Program-made: the position numbers and the translations under genes
Notes under the pieces: generated by a model
Databases searched by the model: none
What the model was told of the DNA's origin: nothing
The model's input: only the letters and a program-made list of their open reading frames with translations
In this document: piece by piece, positions 53,275 to 64,000 of the stretch
How positions within the stretch are numbered: the stretch's first letter is position 1
How the letters are laid out: the number at the start of each line of letters is the position of its first letter
Assembly: GCA_963789265.1 (NCBI GenBank)
Contig: CAWBKB010000001.1
Coordinates: 2,272,001 to 2,336,000, forward strand
Direction: 5' to 3'
Origin: an uncultured delta proteobacterium
Lineage (GTDB): Bacteria > Desulfobacterota > Desulfomonilia > Desulfomonilales > Desulfomonilaceae
Length of the DNA: 64,000 nt

Positions 53275-53421
53275 GTAATCATTCACTTACGAGCGGTAAA
53301 AGATTGTCATTGCGAGCGAAGCGAAGCAATCTCTTCCTTTAAACGCCACTTAGATTGCTTCGTCGTTTCACTCCTCGCACTGACAAGGTGCAGAAGATCC
53401 CCCGCATAAGTGAATGGTTTC
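53275..53421. mobile_element. MITE with TIRs and 8-bp target-site duplication
   Basis: Ends gtaatcattcactta / taagtgaatggtttc, flanked by gatgccgg at 53267 and 53422. Confidence 0.75.
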
Positions 53422-53430
53422 GATGCCGGG

Positions 53431-53473
53431 GGTCGCGGTAGGGACTCAGTTGCCTGATGCCCCTACCGCGACC
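53431..53473. terminator. GC-rich hairpin
   Basis: ggtcgcggtaggg ... ccctaccgcgacc. Confidence 0.45.
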
Positions 53474-53709
53474 ATACAACAAACGATAAAGTTATTGACC
53501 GAATCGGTTGTGCTGCGGTACGCTCAGAAACAGGCCTTTTCAGCCACGTAATAGCCCTGCCGCCCCGGCCTCTCATGAGCGATCATCCGGCAGTCTTTTC
53601 GGTGTAGAGGACAGGGTCCCACGTTCGGATTCCGGGACAAGCACCGCCGAATCAGCACAACATGGGCACGGTTCGTGTTGATCGGTAACTCCTCCATCAA
53701 ACGTCAGAG

Positions 53710-54384
53710 GTGTTGGCGGAACAAATGACTCTTCAGACTCTTCTTACATCCCTGGGCGCAACTTGCCTTTATCTGCTCCTTGTGATTTGGGGCTGGGGGA
53801 ACTTTCAGGGATTCTTTTCTCATCCCGCGCGGGTAGGTCTCGTCATTGTGACAATAGCGCTCGCTGTGGCTGCCTGCTTTACGAAAAGCAGCGGCTTCAG
53901 CTCCGGTCGCCGGGAAATGACCTCAAACCGATGGGTCATCGCTGTGCTTATCGTTTTATCGCTCGCCATCGGTTGGCTTGCCCCTCACGCGGACAGCCAC
54001 AATTGGTGGACCATAGACGGGGACGCTGCACGATACACGGGCCTCGCTTTTTACCTTCTGGGCGGGGTGGTCCGACTGATCCCTGTATTTGAATTGAAGA
54101 ATCGTTTCAGCGCATTCGTAGCCGTTCAGGAGGGCCACCAGCTCAAAACTGATGGAATGTACAGGTTCGTGCGTCACCCTAGCTACGCAGGGTTGCTAAT
54201 CTCTACGGTCGGATTCTGCCTTGTTTTTCGCAGCGGCATCGGGCTGTTGCTTACGCTGGCAATGCTTGTCCCCCTTATCGCACGTATCCACGCGGAGGAG
54301 CGATTTCTTCACGAAGTGTTTGGTGCGGAATATGCCGCCTATTGCAAGCAAACCCGCTGGCGACTCTTGCCGCGTCTTTATTAG
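53710..54384 (+). CDS. Isoprenylcysteine carboxyl methyltransferase family membrane protein
   Basis: GHQLKTDGMYRFVRHPSYAG and RIHAEE..L...FG.EY..Y motifs. Confidence 0.88.
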   Translation: MLAEQMTLQTLLTSLGATCLYLLLVIWGWGNFQGFFSHPARVGLVIVTIALAVAACFTKSSGFSSGRREMTSNRWVIAVLIVLSLAIGWLAPHADSHNWWTIDGDAARYTGLAFYLLGGVVRLIPVFELKNRFSAFVAVQEGHQLKTDGMYRFVRHPSYAGLLISTVGFCLVFRSGIGLLLTLAMLVPLIARIHAEERFLHEVFGAEYAAYCKQTRWRLLPRLY

Positions 54385-54492
54385 AAGGGCGATTTAGGCA
54401 ACAGCCCGGAATTTGCTGCATATACGGTCCGGATGCCGCTCGTCTGGGCCTAATCCGGGACGTCACGAGTCAAGAATAATTGATAGAGGCCG

Positions 54493-54691
54493 GTATTCCT
54501 TCACTTCCGCGGGGAACCTCCGGGCTCATGTCATTGCGAGGAGTGCATGGTGGGACAGGCTTCCAGCCTGTCTATTAGGGATGACGGGCAAGATGCCCGT
54601 CCCACCGGGAATCTAAGCGCCGTTTGGAGGAAGAGATTGCTTCGCTTCGCTCGCAATGATAATCCTTTGGCTCACGTAAGTGAATGGTTAC
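54493..54691. mobile_element. Second MITE of the same family, carrying a nested REP
   Basis: Ends gtattccttcactt / taagtgaatggttac; flanks agaggccg / agagaccg; shares the gtcattgcgag...gagattgcttcg core. Confidence 0.65.
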
Positions 54692-54744
54692 AGAGACCGT
54701 CGATATCCAGCGCCTAAAGCTAATTCGAAGTTTTGAAACCGGCT

Positions 54745-55233
54745 CTACTCGGTCTTTATCCTCTTTACCCATTCCGGCACCGAGGCATCAGGAACACTGT
54801 CCGAAGCCGGTATGTAGGGCTTGAGATCAATTATCGGCGAACCGTCTAACGCGTCTATGTCGTCAACGGTGATTCCGGCATCATCTATGGACTTGACTCT
54901 GCACACTGACAATCCAATAGGATTCGGTCGAAATGGCGAACGAGTGCCAAATACACCGGTGAGAGGATTTGCCTTGTCCCCTCGAGGATGAACCCTGAGT
55001 GTGGCCCGCTTTTCCGGTGAATCATTCCGGTCGAACCAGTAGAAGACCCACACGTGAGAAAATCCATCGAGCCCGAGCAGTGCATCTCGGAATTGTGGAA
55101 AGATCTCAAGTTTTGTTCCTTCAGAGCTTTTGGCCACTTTGCCTATTGACTTGATTGAGTAAACTTCCGCCATTGATCGCGAGACCACTCCCAGTACAAT
55201 AATTGCGAGAAGTATATAAGAGACGCGGCTCAT
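54745..55233 (-). CDS. tsaA: TsaA/TrmO-like tRNA m6t6A37 methyltransferase domain protein
   Basis: L.GLDGFSHVWV, GVFGTRSPFRPNPIGLS and DALDGSPIIDLKPY motifs. Confidence 0.88.
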   Translation of the reverse strand: MSRVSYILLAIIVLGVVSRSMAEVYSIKSIGKVAKSSEGTKLEIFPQFRDALLGLDGFSHVWVFYWFDRNDSPEKRATLRVHPRGDKANPLTGVFGTRSPFRPNPIGLSVCRVKSIDDAGITVDDIDALDGSPIIDLKPYIPASDSVPDASVPEWVKRIKTE

Positions 55234-55394
55234 GAGCCATGATACTCCATCCAACGACAAGAGGCACCAGAATTCGGATCTCCCACAGTTATGATCCTAG
55301 GGTCACCCATTAAAAGGTCCTCTGTCAGGTCTATTTTTTCGGATTAGATTGCCATTTCTCTAGTTGCCTCAGCCCGTAGCGACTGTGTTGATTG

Positions 55395-56615
<1,221 letters not shown>

Positions 56616-56685
56616 TGGTAGAAACATACAAGGATGTGGCGAATTCCGCATCTCGCGAGATGAACCGCATCGCTCGCGGCATGAC

Positions 56686-56736
56686 TAATCTCCAGCGCGC
56701 CCGAGCCGCAATGTCAACTAAATCGACCTGACCCCA
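56686..56736. repeat. 51-bp direct repeat, copy 1 (end of a transposase-derived element)
   Basis: taatctccagcgcgcccgagccgcaatgtcaactaaatcgacctgacccca; 49/51 identical to 60563-60613. Confidence 0.85.
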
Positions 56737-56902
56737 GATCCTGCAACTTTTCTAGCGGAGAATCAAAAAGCTTCTTCAGGATGGGGTTCGGTGGCACTAG
56801 CAGTGCAGGCTTCCCCCATCATTGCCACCTATTTGACCGCACATTGGTCCGAGCAATTCGCTGACATAAAGAAAACACTTGACAGATATGGGATGACTAT
56901 AT

Positions 56903-56926
56903 TAGAGAGTGAACGTTCACTCTCTA
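56903..56926. promoter_or_regulatory. Perfect 24-bp palindrome, likely TetR operator
   Basis: tagagagtgaacgttcactctcta directly upstream of the TetR gene. Confidence 0.75.
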
Positions 56927-56945
56927 TATGAGGACCTTATTATCA

Positions 56946-57584
56946 ATGCTCAGCGCGTTCGGAAAGCTATCGGATGCCAGACAAAAAGCCATTCTAGAGG
57001 CCGCTGCCAAGGTCTTTGCACAAAGAGGTTTTTTCCAGGCAAACATCTCAGAGATCTGCCGCAAGGCGCACATCTCCAACGGCGCCCTGTACAAATACTT
57101 CAAGAATAAGAAGGCGCTTTTCATGGGCGTCTTCGATTACGCAATGGAGATCATGCGCTCGGAGCTGTTTCAGAAAAACCTCGACCAGCAAAGGTCGGTG
57201 TATGAAACCGTTCGCCGAATTTTCGAAAGCCTGATCGTTCTCGCTAAGAAACACCCTGAACTCTTGATGCTCTACGTGAACATAGGTTCCTGTTCCATGA
57301 ACAAGATGGCACCTGTCCTGTCGAAGCAGATCGAAGGCGAAGCCAAGCGGTTTTGGCTGGAACTGGTGAGGAGAGGCAAAGCCAACGGCGAAATCAAAGA
57401 AGACTTCGCGGACGTCGGCGTAGCCTATTTCCTGGACAACCATTTGAGCTTGTTGGCTTATTCCCTCGTGTCCAAGCATTTTGAAACCCGGTTTATGGTC
57501 TATTTCGGCGACGATGTGGCTGCTATGTCCGGAGAGGAAGCAGTCAATGTGATCATGCGATCTATCAGAATGATTCTGAGGTAA
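56946..57584 (+). CDS. TetR/AcrR family regulator
   Basis: ILEAAAKVFAQRGF...ISEICRKAHISNGALYKYFKNK. Confidence 0.92.
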   Translation: MLSAFGKLSDARQKAILEAAAKVFAQRGFFQANISEICRKAHISNGALYKYFKNKKALFMGVFDYAMEIMRSELFQKNLDQQRSVYETVRRIFESLIVLAKKHPELLMLYVNIGSCSMNKMAPVLSKQIEGEAKRFWLELVRRGKANGEIKEDFADVGVAYFLDNHLSLLAYSLVSKHFETRFMVYFGDDVAAMSGEEAVNVIMRSIRMILR

Positions 57585-57624
57585 ATGTTTGTCTGCCGGA
57601 TCTCGTTTCTTGAAGGAGGTTTTC

Positions 57625-58544
57625 ATGATCATCGACTTTCATGCGCACCTTGGAGATGCCCAAACCCCCAACGGCGGCGAGCTGATCTTCCGGAAAGGGG
57701 TCAAGAAGCAACGGGTCCTTGACCTCATCACCGTGACGGAGTGGAGAAAGTATAAGACTGTGCCCGTGGTCGAGTGGGTGGTGAAGACCTTGTTCACGAA
57801 CCAGATTGCCAGGGCCGGCCAAGCTCGCAGCTTGGCCGCCACACTGGAAAATTTCAAAAAATCCATGGACGAAAACCTCATCGAGAAGTCAGTCTGTTTA
57901 CCCATCGCGCCGTATGTGACATTTGCCGAAGTCAAGAAAGCTGCGGAAGCAGACTCAGGCGTTGTTCCCTTTACCAGTGTGGACTTTTCACTGGATAGCG
58001 ATCTGCAATCAGTTCTGGATCAGGATGTTATGGACGGAGCCAAAGGCTTGAAGCTACATCCTATCGTCCAGAAAGAACCTCTTTACGGGGTCAAGACGTT
58101 CAACGCGGTGGAAGCTTTTGCCGTTCATAACCTTCCTGTGCTGTTTCATAGCGGAATCTTCTCTTATTATCTGGGTCGGGAAAAGAAAACGATGCAAAGA
58201 CCAGAGTGCGGCGACCCCCGGGATGCGTTGAAGATTTGCACGGCCTTTCCCAAAGTCTCGTTTATAGCCGGCCACGCGGGCCTGTTCCAATACAGGCAGA
58301 CTATCGACAGCTTGAGCGGTCTCGAGAATGTTTACGTGGACACATCGTTTCAGTCTCCCAAGCACATCAAAGAACTTGTTAAGGCGTTCGGTCCGGAGCG
58401 TGTCATGTACGCGTCAGACTGGCCCTGGGGTGACCGCAGGGCCAGCCTCCGCTCGCTTGCCGAGGCGTGCAGAGGCGACAAAAGTCTCTGGAGCGGCTAC
58501 TCCACTTCGAAAATGCATCGAGGCTCCTTGGTTTGCAACTCTGA
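57625..58544 (+). CDS. Amidohydrolase family protein; probable frameshift near 58487 (ORF track extends to 58587)
   Basis: IIDFHAH, GLKLHP, FHSG, GHAG, VDTS and YASDWPW. The alternative frame gives the typical end LERLLHFENASRLLGL*. Confidence 0.85.
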
Positions 58545-58683
58545 ATCAAGAAACTGGGGTCATACCGATGCGCTGACAAATATGTGACATGGCTGAATGT
58601 CTGCCCCCTGAATATATGCGGTGGTGGTCCTTGGGTCTGCTCTGAGGCCCTTTTTAGTAACGATCGAAAAACGGAGGTGTATC

Positions 58684-59868
58684 ATGGCGAAAGTTGTCGC
58701 TTTGGGTGGGGCCGGGCACATAGGCTCGTGCGGAGTAAGAGAACTGGTGAGAAAAGCCCCTGACATCGAAGTGGTCGTAGCCGACTACAACCTGGTAGCC
58801 GCTGAAAGGCTTTGTGCAGAGTTGGGAGGGCGCACGTCGGCCGTCCTTGCGGACGTCACGGATTTCGCCGGTCTTGTTCGGACCATGCAAGGGGCCGAAT
58901 TGGTCATCAACACCGTTGGACCGTTCTATCTCTACGGTGAGACGATTCTCAAGGGAGCCATCGAAGCCAAGACGAATCTCGTTGACGTCTGCGACGAGGG
59001 CGAGCCGACGGTTAAAATGCTCTCCCTGCACGAAGAGGCCAGGAAGGCGGGTGTGACAGCGGTGATCGGTTTGGGCGCCACGCCTGGTATCACCAACCTC
59101 ATGGCCAAACGTGGCGCAGATAAGCTAGATCGGGTGGACGACATTGATACAGCATGGGCCTGGACTGCAATTGATCCCAAAATGACCGGACCGGCCATCA
59201 TCGAACATTACTTCCACGCAATAACCGGCGAGATCGAAACCTTTCGCGATGGAAAGTGGGTAAAGATACCCGCGATCTCTAACCGAAAGAACATGGAATT
59301 CGTTGCGCCGATCGGCCTCTTTGAGGTAGCCGAGGTCGGCCATCCCGAGCCTGTCACCCTGCCTCGCTATATCCCGAGCGTCAAAAACGTGGCAAATTTC
59401 GGCGGAGTCTGGCCCAAGACCTTCGAGGAGCTAGCGATGTCTTGGAAGCAACTCGGCTTGGCTGAGACAAAGGAGATTACCATCGCAGGGCACACAGTGC
59501 CGGCGAGAACCGTTGCCACGTATGTCGTGCTGGCTTTGCCGGAGATTGCCCCGGACTTGATCGTAAGCATGGTTTCGGACGTCATGAATTCATACGGCGA
59601 GTTCGGTATCGAAGGGGTGGTGCTGAAAGTGGAGGTTCGCGGTGAGAAGGAAGGTCGTCCCGCCCGCTTTTCCTTCGGTTGTGGCGCGGCAGCAGACCGA
59701 CTGACAGCCCTTCCGTCAGTTTTGGGGGCCATCATGGCCATACGCGGTCAGTTGAACGGCGGTCCAGGAGTTTTCGCTCCTGAGGGCATCGTCGATCAGG
59801 AGATCTTTTTCAAGGAATTGACCAAGGACATCCCGGTCCAGGAAACGGCTGTGAAGCTCATCGCGTAA
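58684..59868 (+). CDS. Saccharopine dehydrogenase-like NADP-binding oxidoreductase
   Basis: LGGAGHIG, NTVGPFY, GLGATPGITN, GHPEPVTLP and GVFAPE motifs. Confidence 0.88.
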   Translation: MAKVVALGGAGHIGSCGVRELVRKAPDIEVVVADYNLVAAERLCAELGGRTSAVLADVTDFAGLVRTMQGAELVINTVGPFYLYGETILKGAIEAKTNLVDVCDEGEPTVKMLSLHEEARKAGVTAVIGLGATPGITNLMAKRGADKLDRVDDIDTAWAWTAIDPKMTGPAIIEHYFHAITGEIETFRDGKWVKIPAISNRKNMEFVAPIGLFEVAEVGHPEPVTLPRYIPSVKNVANFGGVWPKTFEELAMSWKQLGLAETKEITIAGHTVPARTVATYVVLALPEIAPDLIVSMVSDVMNSYGEFGIEGVVLKVEVRGEKEGRPARFSFGCGAAADRLTALPSVLGAIMAIRGQLNGGPGVFAPEGIVDQEIFFKELTKDIPVQETAVKLIA

Positions 59869-59944
59869 TCTGTGCCGCCACGAAAATCTCAGACAAGACT
59901 CCCGACTGCTTCATATCCATTGAGCAAAGGGCGCTGACGCTATG

Positions 59945-60075
59945 CAGGCTCGCCCGGTGCCAACCGCTTGCGATCAATCCACCGAAGGCAGCTTATTTTA
60001 TGCTCTCAGGATCTATGTGGAGAGGCCGCGGATCGAAGCACCGGGCGAATTCTATGATCTCAGCCTGCTCAAAGC
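59945..60075 (-). pseudogene. MaoC-family dehydratase fragment with internal stop
   Basis: Minus strand reads [37 protein letters not shown]. Confidence 0.65.
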
Positions 60076-60159
60076 AGAAAACGAAAAAGAAAAGAAAAGA
60101 AGAAAAGGTGTCGAGCCTGTTCTTGATTCATTTAAGGCTTTAGAAGGATTAGATCTGCT

Positions 60160-60613
60160 TTATGTTGTCAGGTCCGTCACTCGCAAGAGAGCCCGTTCGA
60201 TCTCTTCCACTTTCCTTCTCAAGCTCCCGTCGTTCGCAATCCTTTGCTTCATGCGAGAGAGCACACTGCTCACGCTACAGTAGTTCTCAAGCCCAAAGGC
60301 ATTCCCTATGGTCGCCAAAGTCTGACCGGAGACCCGCCTGGCGAGATAAATGGCGACGTTTCTCGCATCATTGCTCGTTCCTCTCCTGCTCGACAAAAGC
60401 TCATTTCTATCTGCGCCGTAGGCTGAGCATACGGCCGATTGTATCCTCTCCAGTCCCGGCGCGAGTAGCCGAGAAGCCGGAATTTCTCGATGAGATCGCA
60501 AGTTTTGAAAGCTTGCTTTTACCCAGTTCACAAATTTTTCTGATCCCAACAGCCACGGGACATAATCTCCAGCGTGCCCGAGCCGCAATGTCAACTAAAT
60601 CGACCTAACCCCA
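60160..60613 (-). mobile_element. Internally deleted Y1/RAYT-like transposase element; only the C-terminal DnaA_C-like HTH remains
   Basis: LLGSEKFVNWVK...ARNVAIYLARRVSGQTLATIGNAFG...SVS. Bounded by gtcaggtc (60167) and gacctaac (60602). No HUH/Y1 domain. Confidence 0.65.
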
Positions 60614-60622
60614 TTCCTGCAC

Positions 60623-60664
60623 TTGACGTCGCCCTATGCTTTGTTATATTGAACGTTCGAAATA
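60623..60664 (+). promoter_or_regulatory. Sigma70 promoter overlapping a TetR operator
   Basis: TTGACG-16-TATATT with extended TG; overlapping palindrome ttgaacgttcga. Confidence 0.6.
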
Positions 60665-60679
60665 AAAAAGGTCGTCCAG

Positions 60680-61270
60680 ATGCCCAAGATCGGAATGGAA
60701 CAAATAAGGAAAGACGAGGTGATAGCCGCCACGAAACGCTGCTTGGTCAAGACTGGTTTCATGAGGCTCACCGTCAAGGCAATCGCCAATGAAGCAGGGT
60801 TGAGTACCGGTATCATTTACCATTATTTCAAGAATAAAGAAGATCTCCTGCTGAATGTGATCAAGCGGGCGTTTGCGCAGTCCCACGAAAATGTTATGCG
60901 AGAAGTGGAACCCCTGACCTCTGAGAGGGCCAAGTTGTTCAAACACCTGGAAAGTATTCACGCTGTGGTGATCGACAACCCGGAGTTTTACACCGTTATG
61001 TTGAATTACCTGGGGCAGGCTCCGAACGACTCCGAGATCAGAAAAATCGTGACGAAATTCTTGTCGAATCTGACATCTTATGTGCACAGTTACCTGAGAG
61101 AAGGCGTTTCCCATGACGAGTTCACGGAGAACAAAATCAAGAATCTCGACACAATGATCATTGCCTTGGGCATGGGCTTGGGGATCATGTGTACACTAGC
61201 GCCGGAAAAGTTTAACCATAAAGCCCTCGGCGAATCTTATAAGGAGTTCGTGCGAAGGCACATTGAATAG
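60680..61270 (+). CDS. TetR family regulator (BetI-like)
   Basis: MPKIGMEQIRK...TVKAIANEAGLSTGIIYHYFKNKE. Confidence 0.92.
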   Translation: MPKIGMEQIRKDEVIAATKRCLVKTGFMRLTVKAIANEAGLSTGIIYHYFKNKEDLLLNVIKRAFAQSHENVMREVEPLTSERAKLFKHLESIHAVVIDNPEFYTVMLNYLGQAPNDSEIRKIVTKFLSNLTSYVHSYLREGVSHDEFTENKIKNLDTMIIALGMGLGIMCTLAPEKFNHKALGESYKEFVRRHIE

Positions 61271-61308
61271 GCTTCTTCAAGACCGATCTCTCTTTTTTTA
61301 AATTTATT

Positions 61309-61328
61309 TATAATGAACGGTCAATATA
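61309..61328. promoter_or_regulatory. Second copy of the TetR operator, upstream of the CoA ligase
   Basis: tataatgaacggtcaatata resembles tatattgaacgttcgaaata at 60645. Confidence 0.55.
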
Positions 61329-61394
61329 AACCAGATCCTTTGTTCGTGGCACATTCTTAATCAAGGGATCTACAAGGTGAAAGAGGAGGAACTC

Positions 61395-63057
61395 ATGAGC
61401 ATTCGCAGCTTTCCGCCAGCCAACGAGAGCAGGAATGGATTCTATCCGGAATCCGTGTACAAGGACGCTTTATCTCGGTACCCTACCGTCGCAGATCTCG
61501 TCGCGGCAAAAGCAAAGGAGAACGGTAAGAAGATTTGGATGGAATTTCAGGATGGGGCGACATACAGCTATGAGGATGCCGATGCGATGAGCAACAGCTT
61601 GGCCACCGGCTTCTATCAGGCGGGAGTTAGATCCGGCGATCATGTGGCCCTGTTTGCTCTGAATTCACCTATGTGGGTCTTTTCCTATTTCGGGATATTG
61701 AAACTCGGTGCAGTGCCGGTGACCGTGAACACCGGATTCATGAAAGATCCTCTTGTCTATAACTTGACCGCTTCCAGAACCGAGTATTTGGTTATCGATT
61801 CCAGACTATTGGATCGATTCAAGGAAGTCGAAGATTCGCTATCTGCTATAAAGCATCTCCTCATCATAGGAAGAACCAATTTCATTGCTGCCAACGCTCC
61901 CGAGAAAGCTTACACCTTTGTAGACGACCTTCTTTCCGTAAAGCCCGATCCGGGGCTCCGGGTGGCACGCAAGATCTCCGATCCGAGCGCCATGATTCTT
62001 ACTTCAGGGACCACCGGCCCGTCCAAGGTAGTCTATGACACAAATGCGCAGTTCATCACGACCGCATTATTCTTGATAGATGCGGGAGGCGTGACTTCCG
62101 AAAGTGTGTACTACTCCTACTTGCCCCTATTTCATATCATGGCCCTTGACATGGCAATGTTACTTTCCATGCTTGCCAATGCCAAAATTGTCCTGGTGGA
62201 GAAATTCGACCCCGCGGTCTTTTGGGATCATGTGAACAAGTACGAGGTTACCCACTTCGCAGCCGTAGGTCCCATTTTGGAGATGCTTGTGAAACTGCCC
62301 CCGTCATCGTTGGAGAAGAACCACCGACCTCTTACAGCACTGGCCTATTGCTCGAAAGAAATTTGGACTCTTGCCAGTGAGCGCTTCAACATGAATATCA
62401 CAGGCGGTTACGGGAGCACGGAGGTAGGCATCCCCATAAGTGCGCCGAACCATGTCGTCAGACAACAGGCAAACTGCCCCGGAGCTTGCGGAATGGTAGG
62501 TCCTCATGTGGAAGTCGGAATCATGGATGAACACGGAGAGATGGTGCCCACCGGACGCACAGGAGAAATCGTGGTTCGACCCAAGATCCCGTGGGCTATC
62601 TTTATGGAGTACTACGGAATGCCCGAAGTCACCGTGAACGCCTTCAGAGGACTGTGGTTCCACACGGGAGATCTGGGTTATTTTGACGAGCAGGGTTACC
62701 TATTCTTCGTGGACCGGTTAAAGGACGCGATCCGCAGGAAAGGCGAAAATATCTCGTCCTACGAGGTTGAACAGATCCTTTTGAAACATCCGAAGGTCGC
62801 CCAGGCCGCCGTGGTCCCGGTTAAGGCCGAATTTGGGGATGAAGAAGTCATGGCGGTGATTGTGCCGAATCCCGACGCTGGTGTCACACCGGAGTCGATA
62901 ATCTCGTATGCAAAAGAGAATATGCCCCATTTCTGGGTTCCCAGGTATATCAGGCTCGTGGCCGCGCTTCCCGCAACCGCGACCGGTCGGTACGGAAAAG
63001 TTTAAACTCCGGGAGCAGGGGACAACCCCTGATACCTATGACAGAAAGACCGTGTAG
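61395..63057 (+). CDS. CaiC-like acyl-CoA ligase, apparent frameshift near 62994
   Basis: TSGTTGPSK, YGSTE, WFHTGD and DRLKDAIRRKGENISS. The alternative frame restores EKFKLREQG...* at 63057. Confidence 0.9.
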
Positions 63058-63108
63058 CCGCACAAGGGTTAAAATAGCAAAGGGTCGTCTGCAATTACAA
63101 TCGACTGT

Positions 63109-63215
63109 CACCCTCCCCCTTCCCCCTCCCATCGAGGGAGGAGAGCTTGTAGGGGCGGGTTTCAAACCCGCCCCTACCACCCCCCAGCGGAAGAGGGCAG
63201 CGTGAGGGGGATTTT
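63109..63215. repeat. Nested REP-like palindromes
   Basis: gtaggggcgggtttcaaacccgcccctac inside C-rich/G-rich arms. Confidence 0.65.
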
Positions 63216-63278
63216 TGAGCAAATACTCCGCTCTTACTTTAACCTCTATGGCGTGTAGCCGGATATCATGGAGATCTC

Positions 63279-64000
63279 ATGGACGTTTTGATCGAAAAAG
63301 ATGGTCCTGTTTGGACGGTCATACTTAATCGTCCGGACCGCAAGAACGCTGTGGACAAAGACATGGCCGATCAGCTTGCAGATGCTTTTCGGTCGTTTGA
63401 TACTGATAGCGAGTCACTTGTAGCAGTTTTGTGGGGAGCAGGGGGATGTTTTTGCGCGGGAGCGGATCTTAAGGCCCTGGCTTCAGGCCGCGGAAATTCA
63501 CTGAATCCTGACATGTCCGCTAACGGCCCTATGGGACCGAGCCGCATGCACCTTTCCAAACCGGTGATTGCAGCCGTATCGGGTTTCGCAGTGGCCGGTG
63601 GTCTGGAACTGGCCTGCTGGTGCGATCTGCGCGTCGTGGAAAGGGACGCCGTATTCGGGGTGTACTGTAGGAGATATGGCGTCCCTCTGATTGATGGCGG
63701 TACACAGAGACTTCCTCGTCTCATAGGCCGTAGCAGGGCCTTGGATATGATCCTTACAGGCAGATCCGTGTCCGCAAAAGAAGCTTTGGCAATGGGACTG
63801 GCAAATTACGTTGTCGAGACGGGGACTTCCCGTGAAGAAGCGGAAAAAATTGCCAAGAGCATCGCTCAGTATCCAAGCCGCTGCATGAGGAGTGATCGAG
63901 AAGCGGTCTATCTGGGTTTTGACCTTCCTTTAGATCAAGCGATGGACATTGAATTTCGCTTGGGGATGGAGGTTATCCAGAGTGGTGAGAGCGAACAGGG
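63279..64000 (+). CDS. Crotonase / enoyl-CoA hydratase family protein (runs off window)
   Basis: Manual translation: MDVLIEKDG...NRPDRKNA...FCAGADL...AVAGGLELA...GVPLIDGGT.RLPRLIG. Confidence 0.92.
   Translation, partial: MDVLIEKDGPVWTVILNRPDRKNAVDKDMADQLADAFRSFDTDSESLVAVLWGAGGCFCAGADLKALASGRGNSLNPDMSANGPMGPSRMHLSKPVIAAVSGFAVAGGLELACWCDLRVVERDAVFGVYCRRYGVPLIDGGTQRLPRLIGRSRALDMILTGRSVSAKEALAMGLANYVVETGTSREEAEKIAKSIAQYPSRCMRSDREAVYLGFDLPLDQAMDIEFRLGMEVIQSGESEQ

Noticed and set aside
60160..60594. Replication initiator dnaA
   Set aside because: Only a short DnaA_C-like HTH is present, with no AAA+ domain and no oriC gene context.

Overview
Roughly 54% GC chromosomal window from an anaerobic bacterium. 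Gene content and the dense intergenic palindromes suggest a Desulfomonile-like member of Desulfobacterota (inference). In order it holds: a truncated mercuric-reductase-like disulfide oxidoreductase; a methyltransferase; an XRE-cupin regulator with a Liv-type ABC transporter, a 3-hydroxyacyl dehydrogenase and a beta-keto-acid cleavage enzyme; a TetR-associated beta-oxidation cluster; and two sigma54-driven HydABC/Bfu-like flavin/Fe-S operons. The large subunits of both operons lack the formate-dehydrogenase metal ligand. One operon is followed by nfnAB. The other has a NuoF-GltD fusion, metV-metF, a divergent second metF and a two-component pair. Then come a cytoplasmic molybdopterin enzyme trio, small membrane proteins, and TetR/amidohydrolase/CoA-ligase/crotonase genes. 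The best-supported highlight is a complete IS110 (IS621-like) element at 55378-56632. Its bridge-RNA guides can be read from the sequence and match its own target and donor junctions. It is inserted in a REP-like palindrome inside a miniature transposase-derived element. Nine apparent small frameshifts in eight otherwise intact genes suggest long-read assembly error. No rRNA, tRNA or CRISPR array was seen.
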